Shown: piece by piece, positions 25,568-34,111 of the stretch
Numbering within the stretch: position 1 is the first letter of the stretch
Layout of the letters: each line of letters starts with the position of its first letter
Assembly: GCA_913777515.1 (NCBI GenBank)
Contig: CAJYSL010000266.1
Coordinates: 2,550 to 66,549, forward strand
DNA: 64,000 bases
Reading direction: 5' to 3'
DNA from: an uncultured Mucilaginibacter sp.
Lineage (GTDB): Bacteria; Bacteroidota; Bacteroidia; Sphingobacteriales; Sphingobacteriaceae
Program-made: the position numbers and the translations under genes
Notes under the pieces: generated by a model
Told to the model about the DNA's origin: nothing
What the model saw: the letters and a program-made list of their open reading frames with translations, nothing else
The model's database searches: none

Positions 25568-25953
25568 TGAATAACAATACTGAGATTGAGTTAGCCGGTA
25601 AGACTTACCCGTTAACGTTCGGGATGACTTCTTACTTCACATTGTTGAACAAATCTAAGTTTCTGCTTGAGAAAAGCAGGAACAAAACAGATGACGACGG
25701 TAAGATTAACGGCGTTGACTTTGTAAGGCATGTTGCAAATATTGTTTTTGCAGGTGCCGATAACTGGGCGACTATCAATGACAAGCCATCGCCTGGGTTT
25801 TCTGAAATATACGGCGCTATTGACGGTGAATTAGGTAGTGAAGATGGGCAGAAAAAAATAGCTGACCTCATGTCATTCTACGCTCAATCAACTTCTGGTA
25901 AAAACCTTTACGGGGAACTAGATAAAAAAAAAGTAGCCGCCGAAAAAAGCTAA
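25567..25953 (+). CDS. Tail assembly chaperone (gpG-like)
   Basis: IELAGKTYPLTFGM; between tube and tape measure; A9 slippery run at the 3' end. Confidence 0.8.
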   Translation: MNNNTEIELAGKTYPLTFGMTSYFTLLNKSKFLLEKSRNKTDDDGKINGVDFVRHVANIVFAGADNWATINDKPSPGFSEIYGAIDGELGSEDGQKKIADLMSFYAQSTSGKNLYGELDKKKVAAEKS

Positions 25954-26321
25954 CTAAATCAGAGCAGGCTCTGGTTTCAATCGAAAATATCAAGCGGTTC
26001 GCGTTCGGGCCGCTTGGCTTGAAGCCTAAAGAATTTTACGCGATGTCAGTAGTTGACTATGACATCATGACGGCTGGATATGCTGATAAAAATATTGAGC
26101 TCTGGAAAAAGTATAGGCTCATTGCTTATGAAGTATTTAATTCCTACGTAGACCGGAAGAAATACCCTAACCTGCCCCGCTCACCTGAAGGGTACATGCC
26201 GTTGACGACTAATGAAGCAGGGCCAAAGCTAACCAAGCGTCAACAACAACGAGAAAACGAAAAGCTCCAGGCCAAAATCAGGCAAGTGGAGGAAAGCTTA
26301 AACACTTTACCTAATGTCTGA
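25926..26321 (+). CDS. Tail assembly chaperone -1 frame extension (gpGT-like)
   Basis: -1 frame open from 25926 with no ATG until well inside; AFGPLGLKPKEFYAMS motif. Confidence 0.7.
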   Translation, partial: KKSSRRKKLTKSEQALVSIENIKRFAFGPLGLKPKEFYAMSVVDYDIMTAGYADKNIELWKKYRLIAYEVFNSYVDRKKYPNLPRSPEGYMPLTTNEAGPKLTKRQQQRENEKLQAKIRQVEESLNTLPNV

Positions 26322-28365
26322 ACAACGATTAACCGCCGTCCTCGAAGCCAGAATAACCGACTTAGAGCGTAATTTAGACAAGGCTGTTAGGCAGGTTCAA
26401 GAGGCTGAAAAGAAAATTGATAACTCGAATAAAAACACGGGTGATTCATTCGGCGACTTAGGTAAAAAAATAGCCGGCGTTTTTGTTGCTGATAAGATTC
26501 TCGACTATGCTATGGACGTAGGCAAGCAGATGCTTGAAATTACGGCAAAGTTCGAGAAATACAACGCGGTACTCACTAACACATTGGGCAGCCAGCAAGC
26601 CGCGGCTGCTTCGATGTCCATGATTAAAGACTTTGCTGCAAAAACTCCCTTTGCAGTTGATGAACTAACCGGAAGCTTTATTAAGCTTGCAAACGCTGGC
26701 TTCCTTCCTACCGAAAAAGCCTTAACATCATTGGGTGACTTAGCGTCATCTACAGGCAAATCTTTTGACCAACTTACTGAAGCTATTCTTGATGCACAAA
26801 CCGGCGAATACGAGCGGCTAAAAGAGTTTGGCATCAGAGCACAGGATAATGGGGACAAAGTAACCTTTACATTTAAGGGTATTCAGACTCAAGTCGAAAA
26901 AACTTCGAACTCCATTCGTGAATATATTACGGGCCTGGGTGAAACTCAAGGTGTCAGCGGCTCCATGGCTGCCATATCAGCGACGCTAACCGGCCAAATA
27001 TCGAACTTAGGTGATACCTGGGACTCGCTTCTCGTTTCTTTTGGTAACAACACCAAGGGCGTGTTTAGCTCTGCCATTGGCTATCTAAACGATTTCTTAA
27101 CCGCGATAACCGAGGCTAATAACAATCTTGAAGCCAGTAATAAGGTAGGCGCTAAAACATCATGGTGGGACGATTACGTTGACAGGTGGGCTTCTATAAT
27201 CGATGGCCGTCCGTCACACTCGCAGGTAGTTGGAGCCATGGTAAGCGGCGATGCGAAAAGCTTCATGAACATTGCCAACGAGGCCATAAAAGGCGCGAAG
27301 GTCGCGGGCGATTACAACAAGGCATTAGGCACCCTGGCTGAAGCTTACGACAGCGAGTCAAAGCGCCTGAAGGGTTCGCAGATATCGCTCAATTCAATTA
27401 AGCTGGCTTATGATAGTGCAAAAGCATTTATTGAAGCACAGCGAGACGCAAGTCAAAAACAGGGCAAAGGGAACTTTGGAAAAACAGGCAAAGGCCCAAA
27501 ACCTAAAGAGGGGTTTGCCTTATTGCAAAGTAACGTTTCGGAACTTGAAACTGCTTTGCAAAAATCTTTAATGGCAGGGAATGCAGATGTGTTCGATAGC
27601 CCGTTAGCTTCAAAGCTAAAATTTGCTAAAGAACGCCTTGCAGACTTAAAATCTACATTCGAGACATTTACTAATGGTTCGTCGTTATCTATGGTAGGCG
27701 GCCCAAATGACATTAGCTTAGATGCTCCAGGTAAATTAAATGCATCTGTTGCGGGTCAAACATCTGATTTAAATGCTCAACTGTCGGGAATTGGAGACCT
27801 ATCCGAAATGACCGATAATTTGATGAATGCGAGTAATCAAACGGCTGAATGGACAGCATACGCCCAAAAGCTTAAAGATACCTTGACAGCGGTTAAAGAT
27901 GAGTTAGGCACTGGCTTAGTAGGTGTTTTCGAACAAATGCTTACCGGTGGTCAAAATGCGTTTGAGGGTTTGGGGCAATTGTTGCTAAAAATGGTTTCCA
28001 GATTTGTAGCGGCAACATTAGCCGCTTTGGCTCTTGCTGCAGTCATTCAACTAATTCCGGGTTTTGGGTCTGCTGTTGGGCTTTCCGGTGGCTTCACGAA
28101 GATTTTCGGGTCATTATCGAGTTCATTAGGCGGGTTGCCTATTCCTAAACTCGCTAATGGAGGTGTCACAACAGGGCCAACTTTGGCATGGATTGGCGAA
28201 GGTCAAGAGAATGAGGTTGTTGCCCCCCTAAGCAAGTTTAATGAAATGGTTGAGAATAGAGCAGGGCAAAGCGGCGGGGAGTTGACAGGTGAGATAAGGG
28301 TTAGCGGTGCCGACTTAATAGTTGTTCTGGAACGTGCTAAAAAGCAGAAAGGCAGGATAGGATAA
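26314..28365 (+). CDS. Tape measure protein
   Basis: FAAKTPFAVDELT, ERLKEFGI, TLTGQISNLGD; C-terminal LANGGVTTGPTLAWIGE. Confidence 0.92.
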   Translation: MSEQRLTAVLEARITDLERNLDKAVRQVQEAEKKIDNSNKNTGDSFGDLGKKIAGVFVADKILDYAMDVGKQMLEITAKFEKYNAVLTNTLGSQQAAAASMSMIKDFAAKTPFAVDELTGSFIKLANAGFLPTEKALTSLGDLASSTGKSFDQLTEAILDAQTGEYERLKEFGIRAQDNGDKVTFTFKGIQTQVEKTSNSIREYITGLGETQGVSGSMAAISATLTGQISNLGDTWDSLLVSFGNNTKGVFSSAIGYLNDFLTAITEANNNLEASNKVGAKTSWWDDYVDRWASIIDGRPSHSQVVGAMVSGDAKSFMNIANEAIKGAKVAGDYNKALGTLAEAYDSESKRLKGSQISLNSIKLAYDSAKAFIEAQRDASQKQGKGNFGKTGKGPKPKEGFALLQSNVSELETALQKSLMAGNADVFDSPLASKLKFAKERLADLKSTFETFTNGSSLSMVGGPNDISLDAPGKLNASVAGQTSDLNAQLSGIGDLSEMTDNLMNASNQTAEWTAYAQKLKDTLTAVKDELGTGLVGVFEQMLTGGQNAFEGLGQLLLKMVSRFVAATLAALALAAVIQLIPGFGSAVGLSGGFTKIFGSLSSSLGGLPIPKLANGGVTTGPTLAWIGEGQENEVVAPLSKFNEMVENRAGQSGGELTGEIRVSGADLIVVLERAKKQKGRIG

Positions 28366-31067
28366 TGGCGGTAAACTACCTTAGAACCCTGCAATCCCCC
28401 GATTTTCAAGATACTGACATTGTTGTTTCCTACGATGACGGATTGGACGTCATCAATAATGATTATGTTTCCAGGCAGCCAGGCACTCAATATGAACAGT
28501 ACAGTGATGGTGCTGTTATAGCATCATATTGCACCACCGGCAGCACAACGGAAACGGTTATAGTGGCCCGTGACTATTCGCCATATGCAGAAATTACAAA
28601 AAATGTCAATTCGTTAAACTGCGGGTACATCCCCCCGCCTTGTGATATTTCGTTTAAGGCCGCTCCGATTATTACTGACGAAACGTTCCAGGGGGCCAAT
28701 GATGGAACCTTGCAAGCCTTCGCAATATCAAGTTTTAAGATAACGTCTTATAGCCTTATCAGCACATCGGGCGGGCAAAACTATAGTAGCGCCAGCGGGC
28801 TCTTTAATCCGGTTGCGCCCGGCAACTATTCACTGACTGCTTATGATGCAAATAATTGTTCGGTATCAGCTGACGTACAAATTAAAGCCTTTGACGTTAA
28901 CGCAACACACTTAAAATACAAGTATGAATTTTACGACCTGGGCGAAGTTTCTTTAAACCGGGTCGAGTTTCACAATATGAAGCGGAATTATGATTCCGCT
29001 ATCTATCCGCTGGAAATAACCGAAGGAGGCGCAAAGCCACTTGTTTATAAACAGGCCTTAGCATCACAAGATAAAACTGAAGTGTTTGCGCCATCGTCAA
29101 TCACTATTAACCTTTTGGCCGGGGATGTCTTTACAGTGAATGAGTTTGCTTTAGCTGATGAAAGAACGTGGTTTGCTAAGTGGTATCAGGGGGATAAACT
29201 TCGCTTTCAAGGCTGGGTATTACCTGACCAGGTAAAAGACCAATACGAAGATGAACCTTACACGGTAGCAATTACTGCAACAGACGGCATCTTATCGCTG
29301 AAAGGAGAAGACTTCAACGGTACCGGAGCAATCCAGAAGTTTGGCGTTGGTGCCTTTAATGCAATTTTAAAGGCGTGTTTGGATAGGCTCGGTTACAACT
29401 ACGGTAATTACTCTATAATCAAGTCTTTGTATCACGATGGGGAAATGGTTTGGCCTAACGTCGGGTTATGGTGGGACTTCTTTTATGATGAAGATGGAGT
29501 GCCTGACAGCGCGTATACAGCCCTTGAGAAACTTCTCCGAATCTTTAAATTAGTGTTGCTTCAGCACAACGGGCAGTTTGTTCTTGTTGATTTTAACGTA
29601 TTTTACCATAGAGACAGCGCAGCCACAAGCAATGACTATGCTAATTTATTTAAGGAGTACGACCGTAATAACAACCAGGTAGCAACATACCCGGAAGTAG
29701 TGCAGCCGTTTGAATTAGAGATAGGAGACGAAAGAGATTTGCAGCCGGTCGGCGCTTCGCATGGCTTAAACTATGACAATGCCTTTAAAAAAGTAATAGC
29801 TAAAATTCAGTTCAATTTACTGGCAGCACTTTTTACTAATCCATCTTTTGAGATTGGTGCAGTAAATGGGCAATTGCCGTACGGTTTCTCCAATGAGGCG
29901 GGCGGGGTGCCCGGTAGTGGGCTGACTAATGCAGATAGCTACATTGGTAATTATAGTTTTAAGCTCATGGGAGCCGGTTATGTCAACGGCAATATGGGCG
30001 AAACCCCTAAAGGTTTTATTGATAATGACGACGGCCTTGTCATAAGCGAGCCCAACAAGAAAATAAAATTTTCTTTCAACTGGAAGGCACCAGATATAAA
30101 CTTTTACTATGGTAACAAGCCCGAAGAGAATAAAATAGGGTTAGTGCCTGGGGTATCGATATATTTTAGGCGCGCATCTGACGGCAAAAATTTTTTTCTG
30201 CAGCCAGCCCCTTACAGGGCCATCGCCTATCCTAACTTTGCTGATGCTGGATACGACCAATCAGAAGCGCCTTTCTGGCAACCTACAAACACAGGAGCAG
30301 CAGGGGAAGAAAAGTATGATGAGGGTGAGTTGGTGAGTATTAAGCCGGAACCGACTCGTGATTATGTGGGGTGGCAATCGTTCAGTATAGAATCGCCCCC
30401 GCTGCCAGGAACCGGAATAATACTATTACGATTTTGCGGCACCCGAGGCATTGCCTACGATGGCGTAAAGGCTACCGGGCTTGGTGGTGATTTTTCTGAT
30501 AAGTTGTACTTCAATGTACCTAATACATCTGAGTTTTACACTTTAATTGACAATGTGCAGATTGTCCAGGATGACACCGCCGAAAATTACAATAAGCAAG
30601 TAGGCGAAACCCATACTGTAACTAACCTGAGTAACTTTGCAAAGGCTGAAAATAAAACAATCAACCTTGAATTATTTACAGCATCGTTCAACAAGCGGTT
30701 AGCGGGAAATGTATTTTATGGTGCAGATTACCTATTGGGTAAAGTTGATTACTTATGGCATGACCCTATGCAGCCTACTTCGGTTAAAGACAGGCTACCG
30801 GCCGTCGTTCTTAAACAGATAGCCAGAAGTGTCCAAAGGCCAATGTACATGTTTGAGGGGCCTGTATCGGCGACGTTCTTAAACATGTATACAATTTTCA
30901 AAATCAGGTATCTTGAAAACAAGCTATTCATCCCCTACTCTATTGAGTTAGATGTTAGGTCGGCAGAAGCGGATATCGTCATCTGCGAAACGGATGATAG
31001 CGACTTTGCAAACAGCTATTCATATATAGCAAAATTTGAAAAGAATGCCAAAAGAGTTAGCAATTAA
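28365..31067 (+). CDS. Large minor tail / baseplate protein
   Basis: Follows tape measure; FQGWVLPD...ITATDG..SLK; SprB-like repeat and NPSFE motif. Confidence 0.75.
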   Translation: MAVNYLRTLQSPDFQDTDIVVSYDDGLDVINNDYVSRQPGTQYEQYSDGAVIASYCTTGSTTETVIVARDYSPYAEITKNVNSLNCGYIPPPCDISFKAAPIITDETFQGANDGTLQAFAISSFKITSYSLISTSGGQNYSSASGLFNPVAPGNYSLTAYDANNCSVSADVQIKAFDVNATHLKYKYEFYDLGEVSLNRVEFHNMKRNYDSAIYPLEITEGGAKPLVYKQALASQDKTEVFAPSSITINLLAGDVFTVNEFALADERTWFAKWYQGDKLRFQGWVLPDQVKDQYEDEPYTVAITATDGILSLKGEDFNGTGAIQKFGVGAFNAILKACLDRLGYNYGNYSIIKSLYHDGEMVWPNVGLWWDFFYDEDGVPDSAYTALEKLLRIFKLVLLQHNGQFVLVDFNVFYHRDSAATSNDYANLFKEYDRNNNQVATYPEVVQPFELEIGDERDLQPVGASHGLNYDNAFKKVIAKIQFNLLAALFTNPSFEIGAVNGQLPYGFSNEAGGVPGSGLTNADSYIGNYSFKLMGAGYVNGNMGETPKGFIDNDDGLVISEPNKKIKFSFNWKAPDINFYYGNKPEENKIGLVPGVSIYFRRASDGKNFFLQPAPYRAIAYPNFADAGYDQSEAPFWQPTNTGAAGEEKYDEGELVSIKPEPTRDYVGWQSFSIESPPLPGTGIILLRFCGTRGIAYDGVKATGLGGDFSDKLYFNVPNTSEFYTLIDNVQIVQDDTAENYNKQVGETHTVTNLSNFAKAENKTINLELFTASFNKRLAGNVFYGADYLLGKVDYLWHDPMQPTSVKDRLPAVVLKQIARSVQRPMYMFEGPVSATFLNMYTIFKIRYLENKLFIPYSIELDVRSAEADIVICETDDSDFANSYSYIAKFEKNAKRVSN

Positions 31068-31107
31068 AAGCTTAAAAATCAGTTCAAAACTATTATATTT
31101 GGTATAA

Positions 31108-31533
31108 ATGAGCAACCTCATAAACGGCAATGATTTAGCACTTTATGTTGATGTAAACGGCGTAAATAAGGTTGTTTGCTACGCCAAAAACTGCTCTTTA
31201 AATCCGCAGCATAAAGTAATTGAAACTACCACCAAAAAGGGCGGTAAGTGGGAAACATACAAATATAAAAGCGCGGGGTATTCTATATCAGTCAGCGGTA
31301 ACTTTAATGCTGCCATTGGTAACGGTATAGCGTTAGAGGATGCTTTAAGGCGTGGTCTTAAAATAAACTGGACATTCACAGACGGAAAAAACATAAGGTA
31401 TTGGGGGCGTGTCCTGGTGACATCAGCCGCTATTGATAGCCCGATGGACGCCATGAGTACTTTTAGTAATCAGCTTTTAGGTGATGGAGCCTATGACTTC
31501 GAGCAGCTACCAACCGCAAACACAGGGGTTTAA
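31108..31533 (+). CDS. Second tail-tube-like protein
   Basis: INGNDL, IETTTK.GGKW, YWGRVLVTS..IDS...STFS.QLLGDG; 141 aa like the major tube; TATATTTG at 31094-31101. Confidence 0.75.
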   Translation: MSNLINGNDLALYVDVNGVNKVVCYAKNCSLNPQHKVIETTTKKGGKWETYKYKSAGYSISVSGNFNAAIGNGIALEDALRRGLKINWTFTDGKNIRYWGRVLVTSAAIDSPMDAMSTFSNQLLGDGAYDFEQLPTANTGV

Positions 31534-31562
31534 TTATCGAATAAACGCTTACAAAAAAATAT

Positions 31563-31886
31563 ATGTCAGAAGAACGACAAACCTCATTTGAAAACAGGGT
31601 TTTAAATGGGTTCACCGTAAAAAATCTAATTGCTTCTATTCTGGGTACTGTAACGGTAATAGCAGCCCTTCAGGGTGGAGTTGCTAAGCTAACTCACATG
31701 ATTGAAGAAAGCGCTGCACTGTCAGATGCCCATTACAGGGAACTAAAGGCCGAGTCCGATGCTCGATTTAAAGAGCTCAAGATAGAAAATGCATACCAGG
31801 ATAAGCAGAATGAGCTACGGTTTAAAGCGATTGAAGAACACCAAATCATCATCGACAAGCAAATTGACCAGATAAATAAGAAGTAA
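31563..31886 (+). CDS. Membrane-anchored coiled-coil protein (lysis-associated?)
   Basis: One hydrophobic segment then a coiled coil; precedes the endolysin. Confidence 0.55.
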   Translation: MSEERQTSFENRVLNGFTVKNLIASILGTVTVIAALQGGVAKLTHMIEESAALSDAHYRELKAESDARFKELKIENAYQDKQNELRFKAIEEHQIIIDKQIDQINKK

Positions 31887-31967
31887 GTATACCCCTAAGT
31901 AAGACAATACTATCATATTAACCATAACGCAATAATAAAGCCATCAAAGGCAAATTAACGTAACAAA

Positions 31968-32705
31968 ATGGCTGAATTAGACAAGATTTCAGTAGACCGT
32001 GCAAGGCTGCTACATCCTGAACTCAGGGACGAGGCTATTCAAATATTGAATGAATGTAATATTGCGTTGACAGGCCGGGCAAAGGTTCGTTATACCTACA
32101 CCTATCGCACACCTGAAGAGCAAAACGACCTATATGCATTAGGCCGGACTAAAGTAAACCCTGACGGAAAGAGCAAATCGCGGCCTATGGGCTACAAGGT
32201 AACCAACGCCCCGGCTTGGAGTAGCTTACACAACTTCAAATTGGCTGTAGATATCGCCATGCTGATTGATGGCAAAACAATGAGCTGGGATGACTTAAAA
32301 GATTGGGATGGCGACGGCATTGCAGAATGGAAAGAAGTTGTTGCCATTTTTAAAAAACATGGCTGGGAATGGGGCGGCGATTGGAGCAGCTTCATTGACA
32401 AACCGCACTTTCAAAAAACCTTTGGCTTCACATTGAAACAACTGCAAGCTAAGCGCAACATTTGTGATTTTATTGCCGGTACCGATATCGTCAACGTAAG
32501 AACGACAGCAGGCATTAAAAAGCCTGTCTTAATAACTACCTCAACCGTCAACGTAAGGTCGGGTGCGGGTCTGGATTACCCTGTTATCAAGGCTATTGCA
32601 TCAGGGAACGAGGTATTGCAGTTATCGGAAAACCGAGACTGGATATTTATAGAGTTCGGCAAGCTACAGGGATGGATAAACCGCAACTACCTTAAATCAA
32701 AATAG
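31968..32705 (+). CDS. Endolysin: M15 L-Ala-D-Glu peptidase plus SH3b
   Basis: YRTPEEQNDLYALGRT, SLHNFKLAVD, WGGDW..FIDKPHFQ; VNVRSGAG...GWI SH3b. Confidence 0.92.
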   Translation: MAELDKISVDRARLLHPELRDEAIQILNECNIALTGRAKVRYTYTYRTPEEQNDLYALGRTKVNPDGKSKSRPMGYKVTNAPAWSSLHNFKLAVDIAMLIDGKTMSWDDLKDWDGDGIAEWKEVVAIFKKHGWEWGGDWSSFIDKPHFQKTFGFTLKQLQAKRNICDFIAGTDIVNVRTTAGIKKPVLITTSTVNVRSGAGLDYPVIKAIASGNEVLQLSENRDWIFIEFGKLQGWINRNYLKSK

Positions 32706-32707
32706 AC

Positions 32708-32926
32708 ATGTCAAAAGAACTATTCACTCACTCAGATGTGGGCAACAACTTATTAGCCGTCTCGAAAGTCGATTTGTATGCTAAAGTAGCAGTAAACGGC
32801 AATGAGGTTTACTTAACACCCGAATCATGCCGGAAGCTTGCAGTAGTACTTCTAAGCATTAATAAATACGTTGACCCTGACAGTAAGAAGGAAATCGAGG
32901 AAATTTTGAACAATGGAAAAGGATAA
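32708..32926 (+). CDS. Hypothetical protein
   Basis: Tightly packed after the endolysin. Confidence 0.55.
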   Translation: MSKELFTHSDVGNNLLAVSKVDLYAKVAVNGNEVYLTPESCRKLAVVLLSINKYVDPDSKKEIEEILNNGKG

Positions 32927-33209
32927 TACTCACTTCAATAAACTTTTTTGGTTTTGCGTGGGATGTGTGGCTGTCGGGTTGACTTTTTTGATTGCCCTTT
33001 GCTTTGTACCGGTGCCTAAAGGTTCAGAACGCTTTGCGGATAACTGTCAGGGGTTCTTTCAAGGAAGTATAGTTGCAGCGGCAATAACCTTCTTATTAGG
33101 TGGTAACATACCTGTTAAAAAGGTGCCTACCGTGGCACAAACCGGCGATAACCCGCAAACTACCATCATCCAACCAGCATCAGATAAAGATTTAAACACT
33201 CAATTATGA
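32913..33209 (+). CDS. Putative holin (two TM segments)
   Basis: Two hydrophobic helices, 98 aa, near the endolysin. Confidence 0.55.
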   Translation: MEKDNTHFNKLFWFCVGCVAVGLTFLIALCFVPVPKGSERFADNCQGFFQGSIVAAAITFLLGGNIPVKKVPTVAQTGDNPQTTIIQPASDKDLNTQL

Positions 33210-33604
33210 AACAATACTTTAAGAAAATATGGGCATGGCTTACTAAAGCAGCTGCTAAAATTAAAGTCGCTTTGGGTGAAGGCATGTTAGTTGCCAACCA
33301 GATAAAACAAGTGGCTGATAGTAAGCTGTTGGACGCGGTTGTAGCAGCCACACCTACCCCACTGGATGACACCGCCTTGCTTGCTTTTAGAATAGCCCTT
33401 GCAAAATTTATTACACTAATGGGATGGGCAGAAGTCGTACTTGACTCATTAGAAACGGCCGACGCTGATGCTAAAGCCGTCGTACTAACCGCTATAAACG
33501 CAAAGGCTGCTGTACTGGTTGCTAAGGCACAAGGTGCAGATTTAAGCATACAAGAGGCCCTCGCATCAGCCCCGGTAATTTACGACCCAAGGTTATTATC
33601 ATAA
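33206..33604 (+). CDS. Ala-rich hypothetical protein (lysis module?)
   Basis: 4-bp overlap with the previous gene; TPTPLDD motif. Confidence 0.55.
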   Translation: MKQYFKKIWAWLTKAAAKIKVALGEGMLVANQIKQVADSKLLDAVVAATPTPLDDTALLAFRIALAKFITLMGWAEVVLDSLETADADAKAVVLTAINAKAAVLVAKAQGADLSIQEALASAPVIYDPRLLS

Positions 33605-33615
33605 TCAAATAAATC

Positions 33616-34110
33616 ATGAATACCGTTTTAACCGTTACGGATGAAAATAAAGCGCCCGATTTATCAGGGGCCTATTTGTTAGTGAAAGCGCCGAAGGTTG
33701 CTGAAATATTCATTGCTCTCGACCAAATTCAGATAAATATTCTGGACAAAGGCACCTACCTATCTATCACAGATACGGGTGGAGTTTACGTAGTTGACGA
33801 AACGCCCTTCGATAAAATCACGAACGGTAACACCGGCATGGACTTCTCTACTGCAAACCAGATGATTGAGTTTGTCAAGAAATACCTACTGCAGCTTACA
33901 CTTAATGGTTGCGGTGATTGCCAACCCAATACAGGTAACGTAGTATTTGAAAAAGTAGTTGGCGAAGGCTATAGTAAATCACAGGTTGATAAGTTCGTTA
34001 CCGACCTGGTAAATATGATAAAAGGCAGGCCCGAACCCGTTTACCCTGCCGGGGCTATTTTCATTGGCAACGCGCCACTATCCATTAATAACTTAATAAT
34101 CACAGTTTAA
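33616..34110 (+). CDS. Hypothetical putative virion protein
   Basis: Packed directly before the Ig-domain genes. Confidence 0.55.
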   Translation: MNTVLTVTDENKAPDLSGAYLLVKAPKVAEIFIALDQIQINILDKGTYLSITDTGGVYVVDETPFDKITNGNTGMDFSTANQMIEFVKKYLLQLTLNGCGDCQPNTGNVVFEKVVGEGYSKSQVDKFVTDLVNMIKGRPEPVYPAGAIFIGNAPLSINNLIITV

Positions 34111-34111
34111 C

